From contig JAUCBJ010003385.1 in NCBI GenBank assembly GCA_032718475.1, positions 43,825-107,824 of the forward strand: a stretch of 64,000 nt of DNA, in the 5' to 3' direction. A program made the position numbers and the translations under genes. Below are positions 42,201 to 54,841 of the stretch, one piece after another (position 1 is the stretch's first letter; the number at the start of each line of letters is the position of its first letter). This stretch comes from Nemertoderma westbladi. Taxonomy: Eukaryota; Animalia; Xenacoelomorpha. The notes beneath the pieces were generated by a model, which did not search any database, was not told the origin of the DNA, and saw nothing but the letters and a program-made list of their open reading frames with translations.

Positions 42201-45200
42201 TCAACCGCAACCTATAGAAACTCACCCGCAACCTATAGAAACTCACACGCAACCTATAGAAACTCACCCACAACCTATAGAAACTAACCCGCAACCTATA
42301 GAAACTAACCCGCAACCTATAGAAACTCACCCGCAACCTATAGAAACTAACCCGCAACCTATAGAAACTCACCCACAACCTATAGAAACTCACCCGCAAC
42401 CTATAGAAACTCACACGCAACCTATAGAAACTCACCCACAACCTATAGAAACTAACCCGCAACCTATAGAAACTAACCCGCAACCTATAGAAACTCACCG
42501 CAACCTATAGAAACTCACCATCAACCTATAGAAACTCACCCGCAACCTATAGAAACTCACCCGCAACCTATAGACACTCACCCGCAACCTATAGAAACTC
42601 ATCCGCAACCTATAGAAACTCAACCGCAACCTATAGAAACTCACCCGCAACCTATAGAAACTCACACGCAACCTATAGAAACTCACCCACAACCTATAGA
42701 AACTAACCCGCAACCTATAGAAACTAACCCGCAACCTATAGAAACTCACCCGCAACCTATAGAAACTCACCCGCAACCTATAGAAACTAACCCGCAACCT
42801 ATAGAAACTCACCCGCAACCTATAGACACTCACCCGCAACCTATAGAAACTCACCCGCAACCTATAGAAACTCACCCGCAACCTATAGAAACTCACCCGC
42901 AACCTATAGAAACTCATCCGCAACCTATAGAAACTCAACCGCAACCTATAGAAACTCACCCGCAACCTATAGAAACTCACACGCAACCTATAGAAACTCA
43001 CCCACAACCTATAGAAACTAACCCGCAACCTATAGAAACTAACCCGCAACCTATAGAAACTCACCCGCAACCTATAGAAACTCACCCGCAACCTATAGAA
43101 ACTAACCCGCAACCTATAGAAACTCACCCGCAACCTATAGACACTCACCCGCAACCTATAGAAACTCACCCGCAACCTATAGAAACTAACCCGCAACCTA
43201 TAGAAACTAACCCGCAACCTATAGAAACTAACCCGCAACCTATAGAAACTAACCGCAACCTATAGACACTCACCCGCAACCTATAGAAACTCACCCGCAA
43301 CCTATAGAAACTCACCCGCAACCTATAGACACTCACCCGCAACCTATAGAAACTCACCCGCAACCTATAGAAACTAACCCGCAACCTATAGAAACTAACC
43401 CGCAACCTATAGAAACTAACCCGCAACCTATAGAAACTCACCCGCAACCTATAGAAACTCACCATCAACCTATAGAAACTCACCCGCAACCTATAGAAAC
43501 TCACCCGCAACCTATAGAAACTCACCCGCAACCTATAGACACTCACCCGCAACCTATAGAAACTCACCCGCAACCTATAGAAACTCACCCGCAACCTATA
43601 GAAACTAACCCGCAACCTATAGAAACTAACCCGCAACCTATAGAAACTCAACCGCAACCTATAGAAACTCACCCGCAACCTATAGAAACTCACACGCAAC
43701 CTATAGAAACTCACCCACAACCTATAGAAACTAACCCGCAACCTATAGAAACTAACCCGCAACCTATAGAAACTAACCCGCAACCTATAGACACTCACCC
43801 GCAACCTATAGAAACTCATCCGCAACCTATAGAAACTCAACCGCAACCTATAGAAACTCACCCGCAACCTATAGAAACTCACACGCAACCTATAGAAACT
43901 CACCCACAACCTATAGAAACTAACCCGCAACCTATAGAAACTAACCCACAACCTATAGAAACTCACCCACAACCTATAGAAACTAACCCGCAACCTATAG
44001 AAACTAACCCGCAACCTATAGAAACTCACCCGCAACCTATAGAAACTCACCCGCAACCTATAGAAACTCACACGCAACCTATAGAAACTCACCGCAACCT
44101 ATAGAAACTCACCCGCAACCTATAGAAACTCACCCGCAACCTATAGAAACTAACCGCAACCTATAGAAACTCACCGCAACCTATAGAAACTCACCATCAA
44201 CCTATAGAAACTCACCGCAACCTATAGAAACTCACCATCAACCTATAGAAACTCACCCGCAACCTATAGAAACTCACCCGCAACCTATAGAAACTCACCC
44301 GCAACCTATAGAAACTCACCGCAACCTATAGAAACTCACCCACAACCTATAGAAACTCAACCGCAACCTATAGAAACTCACCATCAACCTATAGAAACTC
44401 ACCGCAACCTATAGAAACTCACCCACAACCTATAGAAACTCATCCGCAACCTATAGAAACTAACCCGCAACCTATAGAAACTAACCCGCAACCTATAGAA
44501 ACTCAACCGCAACCTATAGAAACTCACCCGCAACCTATAGAAACTCACACGCAACCTATAGAAACTCACCCACAACCTATAGAAACTAACCCGCAACCTA
44601 TAGAAACTAACCCGCAACCTATAGAAACTCACCCGCAACCTATAGACACTCACCCGCAACCTATAGAAACTCATCCGCAACCTATAGAAACTCAACCGCA
44701 ACCTATAGAAACTCACCCGCAACCTATAGAAACTCACACGCAACCTATAGAAACTCACCCACAACCTATAGAAACTAACCCGCAACCTATAGAAACTAAC
44801 CCACAACCTATAGAAACTCACCCACAACCTATAGAAACTAACCCGCAACCTATAGAAACTAACCCGCAACCTATAGAAACTCACCGCAACCTATAGAAAC
44901 TCACCATCAACCTATAGAAACTCACCGCAACCTATAGAAACTCACCATCAACCTATAGAAACTCACCCGCAACCTATAGAAACTCACCCGCAACCTATAG
45001 AAACTCACCCGCAACCTATAGACACTCACCCGCAACCTATAGAAACTCATCCGCAACCTATAGAAACTAACCCGCAACCTATAGAAACTAACCCGCAACC
45101 TATAGAAACTCAACCGCAACCTATAGAAACTCACCCGCAACCTATAGAAACTCACACGCAACCTATAGAAACTCACCCACAACCTATAGAAACTAACCCG

Positions 45201-48200
45201 CAACCTATAGAAACTAACCCGCAACCTATAGAAACTCACCCGCAACCTATAGACACTCACCCGCAACCTATAGAAACTCATCCGCAACCTATAGAAACTC
45301 AACCGCAACCTATAGAAACTCACCCGCAACCTATAGAAACTCACACGCAACCTATAGAAACTCACCCACAACCTATAGAAACTAACCCGCAACCTATAGA
45401 AACTAACCCACAACCTATAGAAACTCATCCGCAACCTATAGAAACTAACCCGCAACCTATAGAAACTAACCCGCAACCTATAGAAACTCAACCGCAACCT
45501 ATAGAAACTCACCCGCAACCTATAGAAACTCACACGCAACCTATAGAAACTCACCCACAACCTATAGAAACTAACCCGCAACCTATAGAAACTAACCCGC
45601 AACCTATAGAAACTCACCCGCAACCTATAGACACTCACCCGCAACCTATAGAAACTCATCCGCAACCTATAGAAACTCAACCGCAACCTATAGAAACTCA
45701 CCCGCAACCTATAGAAACTCACACGCAACCTATAGAAACTCACCCACAACCTATAGAAACTAACCCGCAACCTATAGAAACTAACCCACAACCTATAGAA
45801 ACTCACCCACAACCTATAGAAACTAACCCGCAACCTATAGAAACTAACCCGCAACCTATAGAAACTCACCGCAACCTATAGAAACTCACCATCAACCTAT
45901 AGAAACTCACCGCAACCTATAGAAACTCACCATCAACCTATAGAAACTCACCCGCAACCTATAGAAACTCACCCGCAACCTATAGAAACTCACCCGCAAC
46001 CTATAGACACTCACCCGCAACCTATAGAAACTCATCCGCAACCTATAGAAACTAACCCGCAACCTATAGAAACTCACCCGCAACCTATAGAAACTCACCA
46101 TCAACCTATAGAAACTCACCCGCAACCTATAGAAACTCACCCACAACCTATAGAAACTCACCCGCAACCTATAGACACTCACCCGCAACCTATAGAAACT
46201 CACCCGCAACCTATAGAAACTCACCCGCAACCTATAGAAACTAACCCGCAACCTATAGAAACTAACCCGCAACCTATAGAAACTCAACCGCAACCTATAG
46301 AAACTCACCCGCAACCTATAGAAACTCACACGCAACCTATAGAAACTCACCCACAACCTATAGAAACTAACCCGCAACCTATAGAAACTAACCCGCAACC
46401 TATAGAAACTAACCCGCAACCTATAGACACTCACCCGCAACCTATAGAAACTCATCCGCAACCTATAGAAACTCAACCGCAACCTATAGAAACTCACCCG
46501 CAACCTATAGAAACTCACACGCAACCTATAGAAACTCACCCACAACCTATAGAAACTAACCCGCAACCTATAGAAACTAACCCACAACCTATAGAAACTC
46601 ACCCACAACCTATAGAAACTAACCCGCAACCTATAGAAACTAACCCGCAACCTATAGAAACTCACCCGCAACCTATAGAAACTCACCCGCAACCTATAGA
46701 AACTCACACGCAACCTATAGAAACTCACCGCAACCTATAGAAACTCACCCGCAACCTATAGAAACTCACCCGCAACCTATAGAAACTAACCGCAACCTAT
46801 AGAAACTCACCGCAACCTATAGAAACTCACCATCAACCTATAGAAACTCACCGCAACCTATAGAAACTCACCATCAACCTATAGAAACTCACCCGCAACC
46901 TATAGAAACTCACCCGCAACCTATAGAAACTCACCCGCAACCTATAGAAACTCACCGCAACCTATAGAAACTCACCCACAACCTATAGAAACTCAACCGC
47001 AACCTATAGAAACTCACCATCAACCTATAGAAACTCACCGCAACCTATAGAAACTCACCCACAACCTATAGAAACTCATCCGCAACCTATAGAAACTAAC
47101 CCGCAACCTATAGAAACTAACCCGCAACCTATAGAAACTCAACCGCAACCTATAGAAACTCACCCGCAACCTATAGAAACTCACACGCAACCTATAGAAA
47201 CTCACCCACAACCTATAGAAACTAACCCGCAACCTATAGAAACTAACCCGCAACCTATAGAAACTCACCCGCAACCTATAGACACTCACCCGCAACCTAT
47301 AGAAACTCATCCGCAACCTATAGAAACTCAACCGCAACCTATAGAAACTCACCCGCAACCTATAGAAACTCACACGCAACCTATAGAAACTCACCCACAA
47401 CCTATAGAAACTAACCCGCAACCTATAGAAACTAACCCACAACCTATAGAAACTCACCCACAACCTATAGAAACTAACCCGCAACCTATAGAAACTAACC
47501 CGCAACCTATAGAAACTCACCGCAACCTATAGAAACTCACCATCAACCTATAGAAACTCACCGCAACCTATAGAAACTCACCATCAACCTATAGAAACTC
47601 ACCCGCAACCTATAGAAACTCACCCGCAACCTATAGAAACTCACCCGCAACCTATAGACACTCACCCGCAACCTATAGAAACTCATCCGCAACCTATAGA
47701 AACTAACCCGCAACCTATAGAAACTAACCCGCAACCTATAGAAACTCAACCGCAACCTATAGAAACTCACCCGCAACCTATAGAAACTCACACGCAACCT
47801 ATAGAAACTCACCCACAACCTATAGAAACTAACCCGCAACCTATAGAAACTAACCCGCAACCTATAGAAACTCACCCGCAACCTATAGACACTCACCCGC
47901 AACCTATAGAAACTCATCCGCAACCTATAGAAACTCAACCGCAACCTATAGAAACTCACCCGCAACCTATAGAAACTCACACGCAACCTATAGAAACTCA
48001 CCCACAACCTATAGAAACTAACCCGCAACCTATAGAAACTAACCCACAACCTATAGAAACTCATCCGCAACCTATAGAAACTAACCCGCAACCTATAGAA
48101 ACTAACCCGCAACCTATAGAAACTCAACCGCAACCTATAGAAACTCACCCGCAACCTATAGAAACTCACACGCAACCTATAGAAACTCACCCACAACCTA

Positions 48201-49150
48201 TAGAAACTAACCCGCAACCTATAGAAACTAACCCGCAACCTATAGAAACTCACCCGCAACCTATAGACACTCACCCGCAACCTATAGAAACTCATCCGCA
48301 ACCTATAGAAACTCAACCGCAACCTATAGAAACTCACCCGCAACCTATAGAAACTCACACGCAACCTATAGAAACTCACCCACAACCTATAGAAACTAAC
48401 CCGCAACCTATAGAAACTAACCCACAACCTATAGAAACTCACCCACAACCTATAGAAACTAACCCGCAACCTATAGAAACTAACCCGCAACCTATAGAAA
48501 CTCACCGCAACCTATAGAAACTCACCATCAACCTATAGAAACTCACCGCAACCTATAGAAACTCACCATCAACCTATAGAAACTCACCCGCAACCTATAG
48601 AAACTCACCCGCAACCTATAGAAACTCACCCGCAACCTATAGACACTCACCCGCAACCTATAGAAACTCATCCGCAACCTATAGAAACTCAACCGCAACC
48701 TATAGAAACTCACCCGCAATCTATAGAAACTCACACGCAACCTATAGAAACTAACCCGCAACCTATAGAAACTAACCCGCAACCTATAGAAACTCACCGC
48801 AACCTATAGAAACTCACCATCAACCTATAGAAACTCACCCGCAACCTATAGAAACTCACCCGCAACCTATAGAAACTCACCCGCAACCTATAGACACTCA
48901 CCCGCAACCTATAGAAACTCACCCGCAACCTATAGAAACTCACCCGCAACCTATAGAAACTCACCCGCAACCTATAGAAACTCACCCGCAACCTATAGAA
49001 ACTCACCGCAACCTATAGAAACTCACCCGCAACCTATAGAAACTCACCCGCAACCTATAGAAACTCACCCGCAACCTATAGAAACTCACCCGCAACCTAT
49101 AGAAACTCACCCGCCACCTATAGACACTCACCCGCAACCTATAGAAACTC
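39206..49150. repeat. 21-bp tandem array (~475 copies) derived from the 3' end and donor site of SH3YL1 exon 49318-49132
   Basis: Unit ctatagaaactcacccgcaac, minus strand GAGTTTCTATAGGTTGCGG|GT. It continues directly from exon codons GGG AGT TTC TAT AGG. Occasional 20-bp units. Confidence 0.99.
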
Positions 49151-49318
49151 CCGTTTCTCTCCCTGTTGATGGCGGCGGCCTTCAACGACCGTCGTATTTT
49201 GCTATTCTGGGCGTTGCATATAAGATCGGAGAGAAGTCCGCACAGTTCGTTACACTCCACTGGCCGAGCTACTTCCCCAGAAAGTAACTGTTTGGCTCGA
49301 ACAGCCGTAGAATAAAAC
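49132..49318 (-). CDS. SH3YL1: SH3YL1-like exon (end of SYLF domain, start of linker)
   Basis: Acceptor gttcgcggtag| in phase 2 gives (R)FYSTAVRAKQLLSGEVARPVECNELCGLL, matching the family pattern KFY...RA.DIL.G...RP.....LY..L. The donor is most likely CGG|GTGAGT after 49132; alternative AG|GTTGCG after 49139. Confidence 0.8.
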
Positions 49319-49434
49319 CTACCGCGAACAAACACATATCAATTAATTCATTAAAATATTTGTCAACCAAATATTATATATATTTAATGCTACCAAAAGG
49401 GACATAAAGTGAACATAACGTAACTCGGGCCCAC

Positions 49435-49579
49435 CTGTGATTGGTGGATTTTCGCTCATAGAATAGGGCGCCCTCTATAGACACTCCGACGAATAATCCC
49501 TTACTTTTGCTGTACGTGAATATGGCGCTGGGTGGGTTGCGAACTGCTAAATCACCTTCGGCACTCCTCCCAACGGGAC
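49435..49579 (-). CDS. SH3YL1: SH3YL1-like exon (SYLF domain)
   Basis: ttttacctccctag|GT CCC... encodes GPVGRSAEGDLAVRNPPSAIFTYSKSKGLFVGVSIEGALFYERKSTNHR and ends AG|gtgggc. 145 nt, phase 1 to 2, followed by a 116-nt intron. Confidence 0.92.
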
Positions 49580-49794
49580 CTAGGGAGGTAAAACTCAAAG
49601 TCAGACTCAGAGGTCTCGTTTTTGTATATTGTGTTTGTCACCAACATTTAGCAATTAGACTAAGGTAATTTATTCTGAAATTATTGGTGAATTGATATTG
49701 CAAGTAAGTAAGCCAGCTTATTAGAAAGTAAGCCATGGTAATATACGGTGTGGAGGGAAATTCAAATTTGTGCAAGTAAAAATATTAGTTATCG

Positions 49795-49960
49795 ATATTG
49801 CCTTGGTTCCCATTTATCGACCACTGAAGGATGAAAGCCAGGGTTGGGCCAGGCTGAAGCATTTAAAGCATTGTGCCCAAACAGTGCTGCCCCATCTAGG
49901 GATCGAAACAGGGCTTCCTAATTAGAAGCCCAGGAATGTCACCACTAGACCATACACACC
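49795..49960 (-). mobile_element. tRNA-derived SINE remnant
   Basis: Minus strand has A box TGGTCTAGTGG and B-box-like GTTTCGATCC, then ctttcatccttcagtggtcgataaatgggaacc, which from memory resembles the conserved central (Meta-type) SINE domain. Confidence 0.6.
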
Positions 49961-50285
49961 CCCAAATAGAACGTATTGGTGGGAAATTCAAATTGTCTAA
50001 GGAATTATCAATCCATTCAAGTAGGCCAATTAATTGCCGGGGCGGTAGGCCTATCAGCCTCTTCCTAATTTTCAATAATTGTCTATTTTCAATCCATTAA
50101 ACCCCAAATCAGTAGACATATTAGGATACAACGGCTGGGATTATAACTGTATAACTAGCCTTAATGAGGTAAATGTTATACCAGCGCATCAATCGTGGAG
50201 TTTATGAACTCTGTTTACGGTTTATTGTCCGTTGTTAAGGGATACTGGAGGACTGGGTTCTGGTATATAAATAAATAAATAAAAT

Positions 50286-51788
50286 ATGTACGTTGCTAAA
50301 CACCGACTACGGTGTAGTAACTGGGGATATCAGAGATACTGTACGTCCACGTCGAATGGTATCAATGGAAACACGAACTCAGCAAAACCGATGGCGAAAT
50401 TAAAACAACTGAAATCGCGCCCACCGCCCCCTCCAAGAACAGACGAGACACCTCTAGCGGGGGGAAGGGAACTCAACCCACGGGCGAGGGAACGCGCGGT
50501 CCCGGCCTCCCAACTGTCGCGACTCAGCCACTTCGCGTCGTTAGGGGGCGGCCTCGCGTGGGGGTCGCTAAGCAACGCGGCGAGTCGAGTGTTGGCGGGG
50601 CAACGACTGGACACAACGCTAGTGCTGAACGAGGCCAACGTTCGTCGGATAGTCGATACTCTGTGCGCCGTTAGAGGCGCGGCGCTCAAGATGGGACAGA
50701 TGCTGAGCATCCAGGACAACACGCTAGTGAGTGCGGAGCTGAGAGCGGCGTTCGAACGAGTGCGACAAAACGCAGATTACATGCCGCTACGACAACTAGA
50801 GGGCGTGATGCGCGGGGAGTTAGGGGAGAGTTGGAGGGAGAGATTCGGAAGGTTTGAGAACGTTCCGTTCGCGGCCGCGTCCATCGGGCAGGTTCACCGG
50901 GCGACCTCGACCGCAGGGGAACCCCTCGCGGTGAAGGTTCAGTACCCGGGGGTGGCTCGCAGTATCGACAGCGATCTGTGGAACCTGGGGAACCTGGTGG
51001 CGCCGTTCCTGCCCCGGGGATTGTACGTGGATCGGGTGATGGAAGTGGCGCGCGCCGAGTTGGTCTGGGAGACCGACTACCTGCGGGAGGCGGCGATGCA
51101 ACGCCGGATGGGCGAACTCCTCCGCGACGATCCCTTCCTCGCGGTGCCGCGGGTTCGGGACGAACTCTCCACGCGACTCCTCCTCACCTCGGAGCTCGCC
51201 GTCGGCGTCCCTTTGGACGCGACCACGGGACTCGATCAACCCACGCGCGATTGGCTCGCGGAGACCGTCTTACGTCTGTGTCTCCGGGAGCTGTTTGAGT
51301 TTCGAGTGATGCAGACCGATCCGAACTGGTCCAACTTCCTCTTCGACTCGGAGGCTCATCGGATCGTCCTCCTGGACTTCGGAGCGACTCGGGAGTTCGA
51401 GGAATCGTTCGTCGCCGACTACTTCCGGCTAATAAACGCCGCAGTTCATAGAGATTCCGATAAAGTGGTGGAGTATTCTAGAACTCTGGGTTTCCTAACG
51501 GGCTACGAGTCGTCAACTATGACAGAGACTCACGTCCAGGCTATAATGATACTGGGAGAGGCCTTCTCTCTGGAAGACCGCTTTGATTTCGGAGCGCAGT
51601 CCACAAGTAAACGAATTCTCTCTCTGGTACCCCGCATGGTAGAAGGCAGACTAACCCCGCCACCCAGGGAAACCTACTCTCTGCACAGGAAGATGAGTGG
51701 TGCCTTTATGCTTTGTACGCAAGTGAGAGCCAATATAAACTGCTCCACTATGTGGAAAGAATTAACAGCTAATTACAATGAAACGTAG
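50286..51788 (+). CDS. COQ8: Atypical kinase COQ8/ADCK3-4 (UbiB/ABC1 family), 500 aa, intronless, nested antisense in an SH3YL1 intron
   Basis: ARERAVP, VRGAALKMGQ (KxGQ), A-rich loop PFAAASIGQVH, AVKVQYPGV, MQTDPNWSNF, LLDFGA, PPPRETYSLHRKMSG. Basic N-terminus compatible with a mitochondrial presequence. Confidence 0.96.
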   Translation: MYVAKHRLRCSNWGYQRYCTSTSNGINGNTNSAKPMAKLKQLKSRPPPPPRTDETPLAGGRELNPRARERAVPASQLSRLSHFASLGGGLAWGSLSNAASRVLAGQRLDTTLVLNEANVRRIVDTLCAVRGAALKMGQMLSIQDNTLVSAELRAAFERVRQNADYMPLRQLEGVMRGELGESWRERFGRFENVPFAAASIGQVHRATSTAGEPLAVKVQYPGVARSIDSDLWNLGNLVAPFLPRGLYVDRVMEVARAELVWETDYLREAAMQRRMGELLRDDPFLAVPRVRDELSTRLLLTSELAVGVPLDATTGLDQPTRDWLAETVLRLCLRELFEFRVMQTDPNWSNFLFDSEAHRIVLLDFGATREFEESFVADYFRLINAAVHRDSDKVVEYSRTLGFLTGYESSTMTETHVQAIMILGEAFSLEDRFDFGAQSTSKRILSLVPRMVEGRLTPPPRETYSLHRKMSGAFMLCTQVRANINCSTMWKELTANYNET

Positions 51789-51914
51789 CCCTCCATCATA
51801 TCTGTTTCAATTAAGTGCTAAACCACGATAACAGTGAACTTTTAGGTAATTAAAAGTTAATTAACTACCGGTAATCCCGTTAATTATGTGGCTAAATTAT
51901 TATACCCATCCATG

Positions 51915-51959
51915 ACTTCTAGAACATAGTATTTATTATAAATACTATGTTCTAGAAGT
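51915..51959. repeat. Perfect inverted repeat, 21-bp arms with a 3-nt loop
   Basis: acttctagaacatagtattta-tta-taaatactatgttctagaagt. Confidence 0.9.
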
Positions 51960-52336
51960 AATTGATGATACTGATAGCATTCGCAAAACCAAACCGAACC
52001 ATCACATTCCTTCCAATCTTTTCGCATCCATTTTGGCTAATATTAATTTATTATTCCTGTACAATACTTAACGATTATTCAATTATTGATTTCTATGTCC
52101 GAAAATATATTCTACAGTAAATACGAAATTCTACTAAATTAGCGGTTTTTCCCAACCGAATGGAATGAGGGCCGCCGGATTCCAATAAATGTGATACTAG
52201 CAGTTAAGAAAGTTTCCGACAATTTTATAAATTAATGGTTTGTGGATGCGGTTACACGGACTTACATTAATAGTTTTGGGTTTTTTTTTATTATAAAAAT
52301 TAGGTGATTCCTAAATTTGTTGTACTCTACCCGGTT

Positions 52337-52421
52337 GCCAATAAAAGATACGTTATTTTCGGGCCAATAAAAGATACGTTATTTTCGGGCCAATAAAAGA
52401 TACGTTATTTTCGGGCCAATA
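52337..52421. repeat. 26-bp minisatellite, ~3.2 copies
   Basis: gccaataaaagatacgttattttcgg repeated. Confidence 0.92.
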
Positions 52422-52769
52422 GAGTTTTCATTCGAGGTGAAGAAGGACGCCTACCTATAATATATAATATAATATAATATTTTACTTAGCGTATAAGAAC
52501 TACAAACGATTTTGGTTTGTTGCTTTTCTATTTTTAACATGCTATCCGTTTTCTTTTCGTTGCAATGCACTGAATTTGATTTTATGATGTATTTGTATTT
52601 GATTTGATGTGGCTGTGTATATGGCATGTGGGGCGAGCCACGAAGTAAGGAACGCCTAGTGTATGTGTATACCGCTATTGTCTGAATGTTTATAATACTA
52701 CATACATATTTATTTGCATTATGATTTGTTATTTGAAACAAGTGAGTAATTTAACTATTTTTGTATTAA

Positions 52770-53640
52770 GGCCGGAGTACCCCCAACCCCCTCCCCTGGT
52801 CAAAATTTCAAATGTCTGTTTTTGATTTAATCTATAGCAGAATCTCAAATCTGAAAACGGCTTAGCGAAACCTCTTTTAGTTCTCGAGTTATCGCTGTTT
52901 TTCTGTATGATATGTCAGTCAAATTGTAAGACAGACAGACAGACAACCGACAGACAGACAGACTAGATTCCACCAAACCTTAAAACTGACATCGGTAATG
53001 AAATCAGCGACCCCGACGCGACCCCCGTAATGAAAGTTTTAGCCCGGGGATGTGCTTCGTTCGTTCCAGAAATGATTAACCAACCAGAACACAGACAGCC
53101 ACTTTTGGCGGGAAGGTTCAAACTTTAGAGGCAATTATCTCGGAATGACATTTTTCATTTTTCAAAATACTACGCCTCCGTCATTTTTCACCAAATTTTC
53201 TTTATTTTTGGCTCATTCGAAAGGCTTTCGGCAGTTCTTTAAAAGTTATCGGTTGGAATTTTTATATTTCTGTTTTTTCCGCCAATTATTCAGAAGATTA
53301 AAGCCAACAGTTTGTTAAAATTTTGCCAAATATTAATAAATGTTAATCAATTTTCATACAAACGCTAAACAAAAACTTGTATAACCGATAACGATAACGC
53401 TCACTCCGTAATTCGAAAAAAATTGGTTTCAGACAATTTCACCTCAGATTGATTGACTATTAGCATTTTAACCGCAAATATTGTTTCATTAATGGCCACT
53501 TGAGGGCGACTGGAAATTGGCCATATTTTAACAGCCCATAATGTATAAAATCAAAATATGTTATTTTCAGTAGAAATTGTAGACATTTAAAGAAAGTGTT
53601 CGGGGGGGTGGGGGGTGGGGGGGGGGGGGTCTTCCGGCCG
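52770..53640. mobile_element. Non-autonomous DNA transposon flanked by TTAA (Kolobok/piggyBac-type target)
   Basis: Left end TTAA-ggccggagtacccccaacccc...aaatgtct; right end agacattt...gggggggtcttccggccg-TTAA. Imperfect terminal inverted repeats, no ORF. Confidence 0.6.
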
Positions 53641-53844
53641 TTAAATTAATATAATAATACCAATAATATTACTGTCTCTGTACAGTATCCAAAGAAACTG
53701 CTATGATGAGTTCCTTTGCTTAAGAGTTTAATTATTTATTTGTTTTCCAACAATTGTTCTAGAATATTCATTAATTCTGTGAGATTATACGTGCTGGATA
53801 TCAATTACGTGTTATCAGTTCGTAGATTAAACACAACAGTGAAG

Positions 53845-54841
53845 ATGTTTCTTTTGAAAAATGCAACTGAGATTCTGGAGATTCTGTCCCAATATTTTCA
53901 CTTGTCAGTGGAATTTGTAATTGCCTTAATATTAGTCTACGTGGTAGGAACGTGGCTGAGAATAAACTGTAAGGAACGCATTGGAGGAACGCAGGAACAG
54001 GCAACTCAAACTCCATTCGAATCGACGAGATTGCATTGCGAATACAAAACAAATAGTGTCAACGGGGACACAGAGAGACAAAGAATATGCAATAATTGTG
54101 ACAATGGGGACACAGAAAGACAAAGAATATCCAATAATGGTGACACAGACAGTGATGAATGGGACGCTGAGACTGTACCAGCAATGGGTGATGACACCCA
54201 AAAGGAGACGATCAATAGGTACTACTGTGTTTTGGGCACACCCCTACCTACACCCCCCAGAAGTTTGTTTTTAAATAGCTAGTTTTAGTTACTTTTTTTT
54301 ATGTTCTACAACATATTGACTACTCATTTTTTTTATTAATTTTGTTCTCGAACAAAATTAATTAATTCGGTTTTTTTGTTGTTAGCAAAGCAAAATGTTC
54401 TAGAACATATCATCTATTCATTTTTGTAAAAAGTAATGTTCTAGAACAAATAGTGTTGTTCTAGAACATTTTAAAAAACTTGTTTTTTGTGACGTGTTTT
54501 TCCGGCTAGTGTTAAAAACAATTACTAACAACTAACTGTACAAATTTTCATTGTAGCTAGTGATTTTTATTAAATATGTGATACAAAGATAACATTTCAA
54601 AATAACAATTTCAAGATAACATCAAAATTTTTATATTAAATGAATAGATAATATGCTCTAGAAGAACTTTGTTTTTAAAAAGTAACAAAAACTAGCTAGT
54701 ATAAAAAATTTGAGGGGGGGGGGGGGGGGGGTGGGGTGGGGGGGTGTGCCCAAAACACAGTAGTACCGGTACCCGATCAATTTAAGGGCGAGGGGTAAGG
54801 TACCAATTGGGGAGGATCAGGTTACTGCCACATTAGTATGA
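53845..54841 (+). pseudogene. Possible small single-TM orphan ORF interrupted by a MITE
   Basis: ATG at 53845, hydrophobic FVIALILVYVVGTWL, QATQT, NGDTERQRI repeats. The frame resumes after the insertion (INLRARGKVPIGEDQVTATLV*, TGA 54839-54841). No homology recognised. Confidence 0.35.
54218..54767. mobile_element. MITE-like element with ~80-100 bp terminal inverted repeats
   Basis: ggtactactgtgttttgggcacacccc... mirrors ...ggggtgtgcccaaaacacagtagtacc, and the symmetry continues through tagctagtttt/aaaactagcta. cgatcaat lies on both flanks. Confidence 0.8.

Noticed and set aside
39193-49006. Many (VSFYRLR)n ORFs
   Set aside because: They arise from a stop-free frame of a 21-bp repeat and are broken by 20-bp units; not independent genes.
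39206-49131. The 21-bp array as a complete new intron (first GT to last AG)
   Set aside because: Sequence after the last AG is AT-rich and reaches a stop within a few codons in the array frame, so it does not look like a continuing exon.
49890-49960. Functional tRNA gene
   Set aside because: A and B boxes are present but I cannot fold a convincing cloverleaf, and it runs into a SINE-like body.
50330-51298. Alternative-frame and antisense ORFs over COQ8
   Set aside because: Shadow ORFs expected in GC-rich coding DNA.
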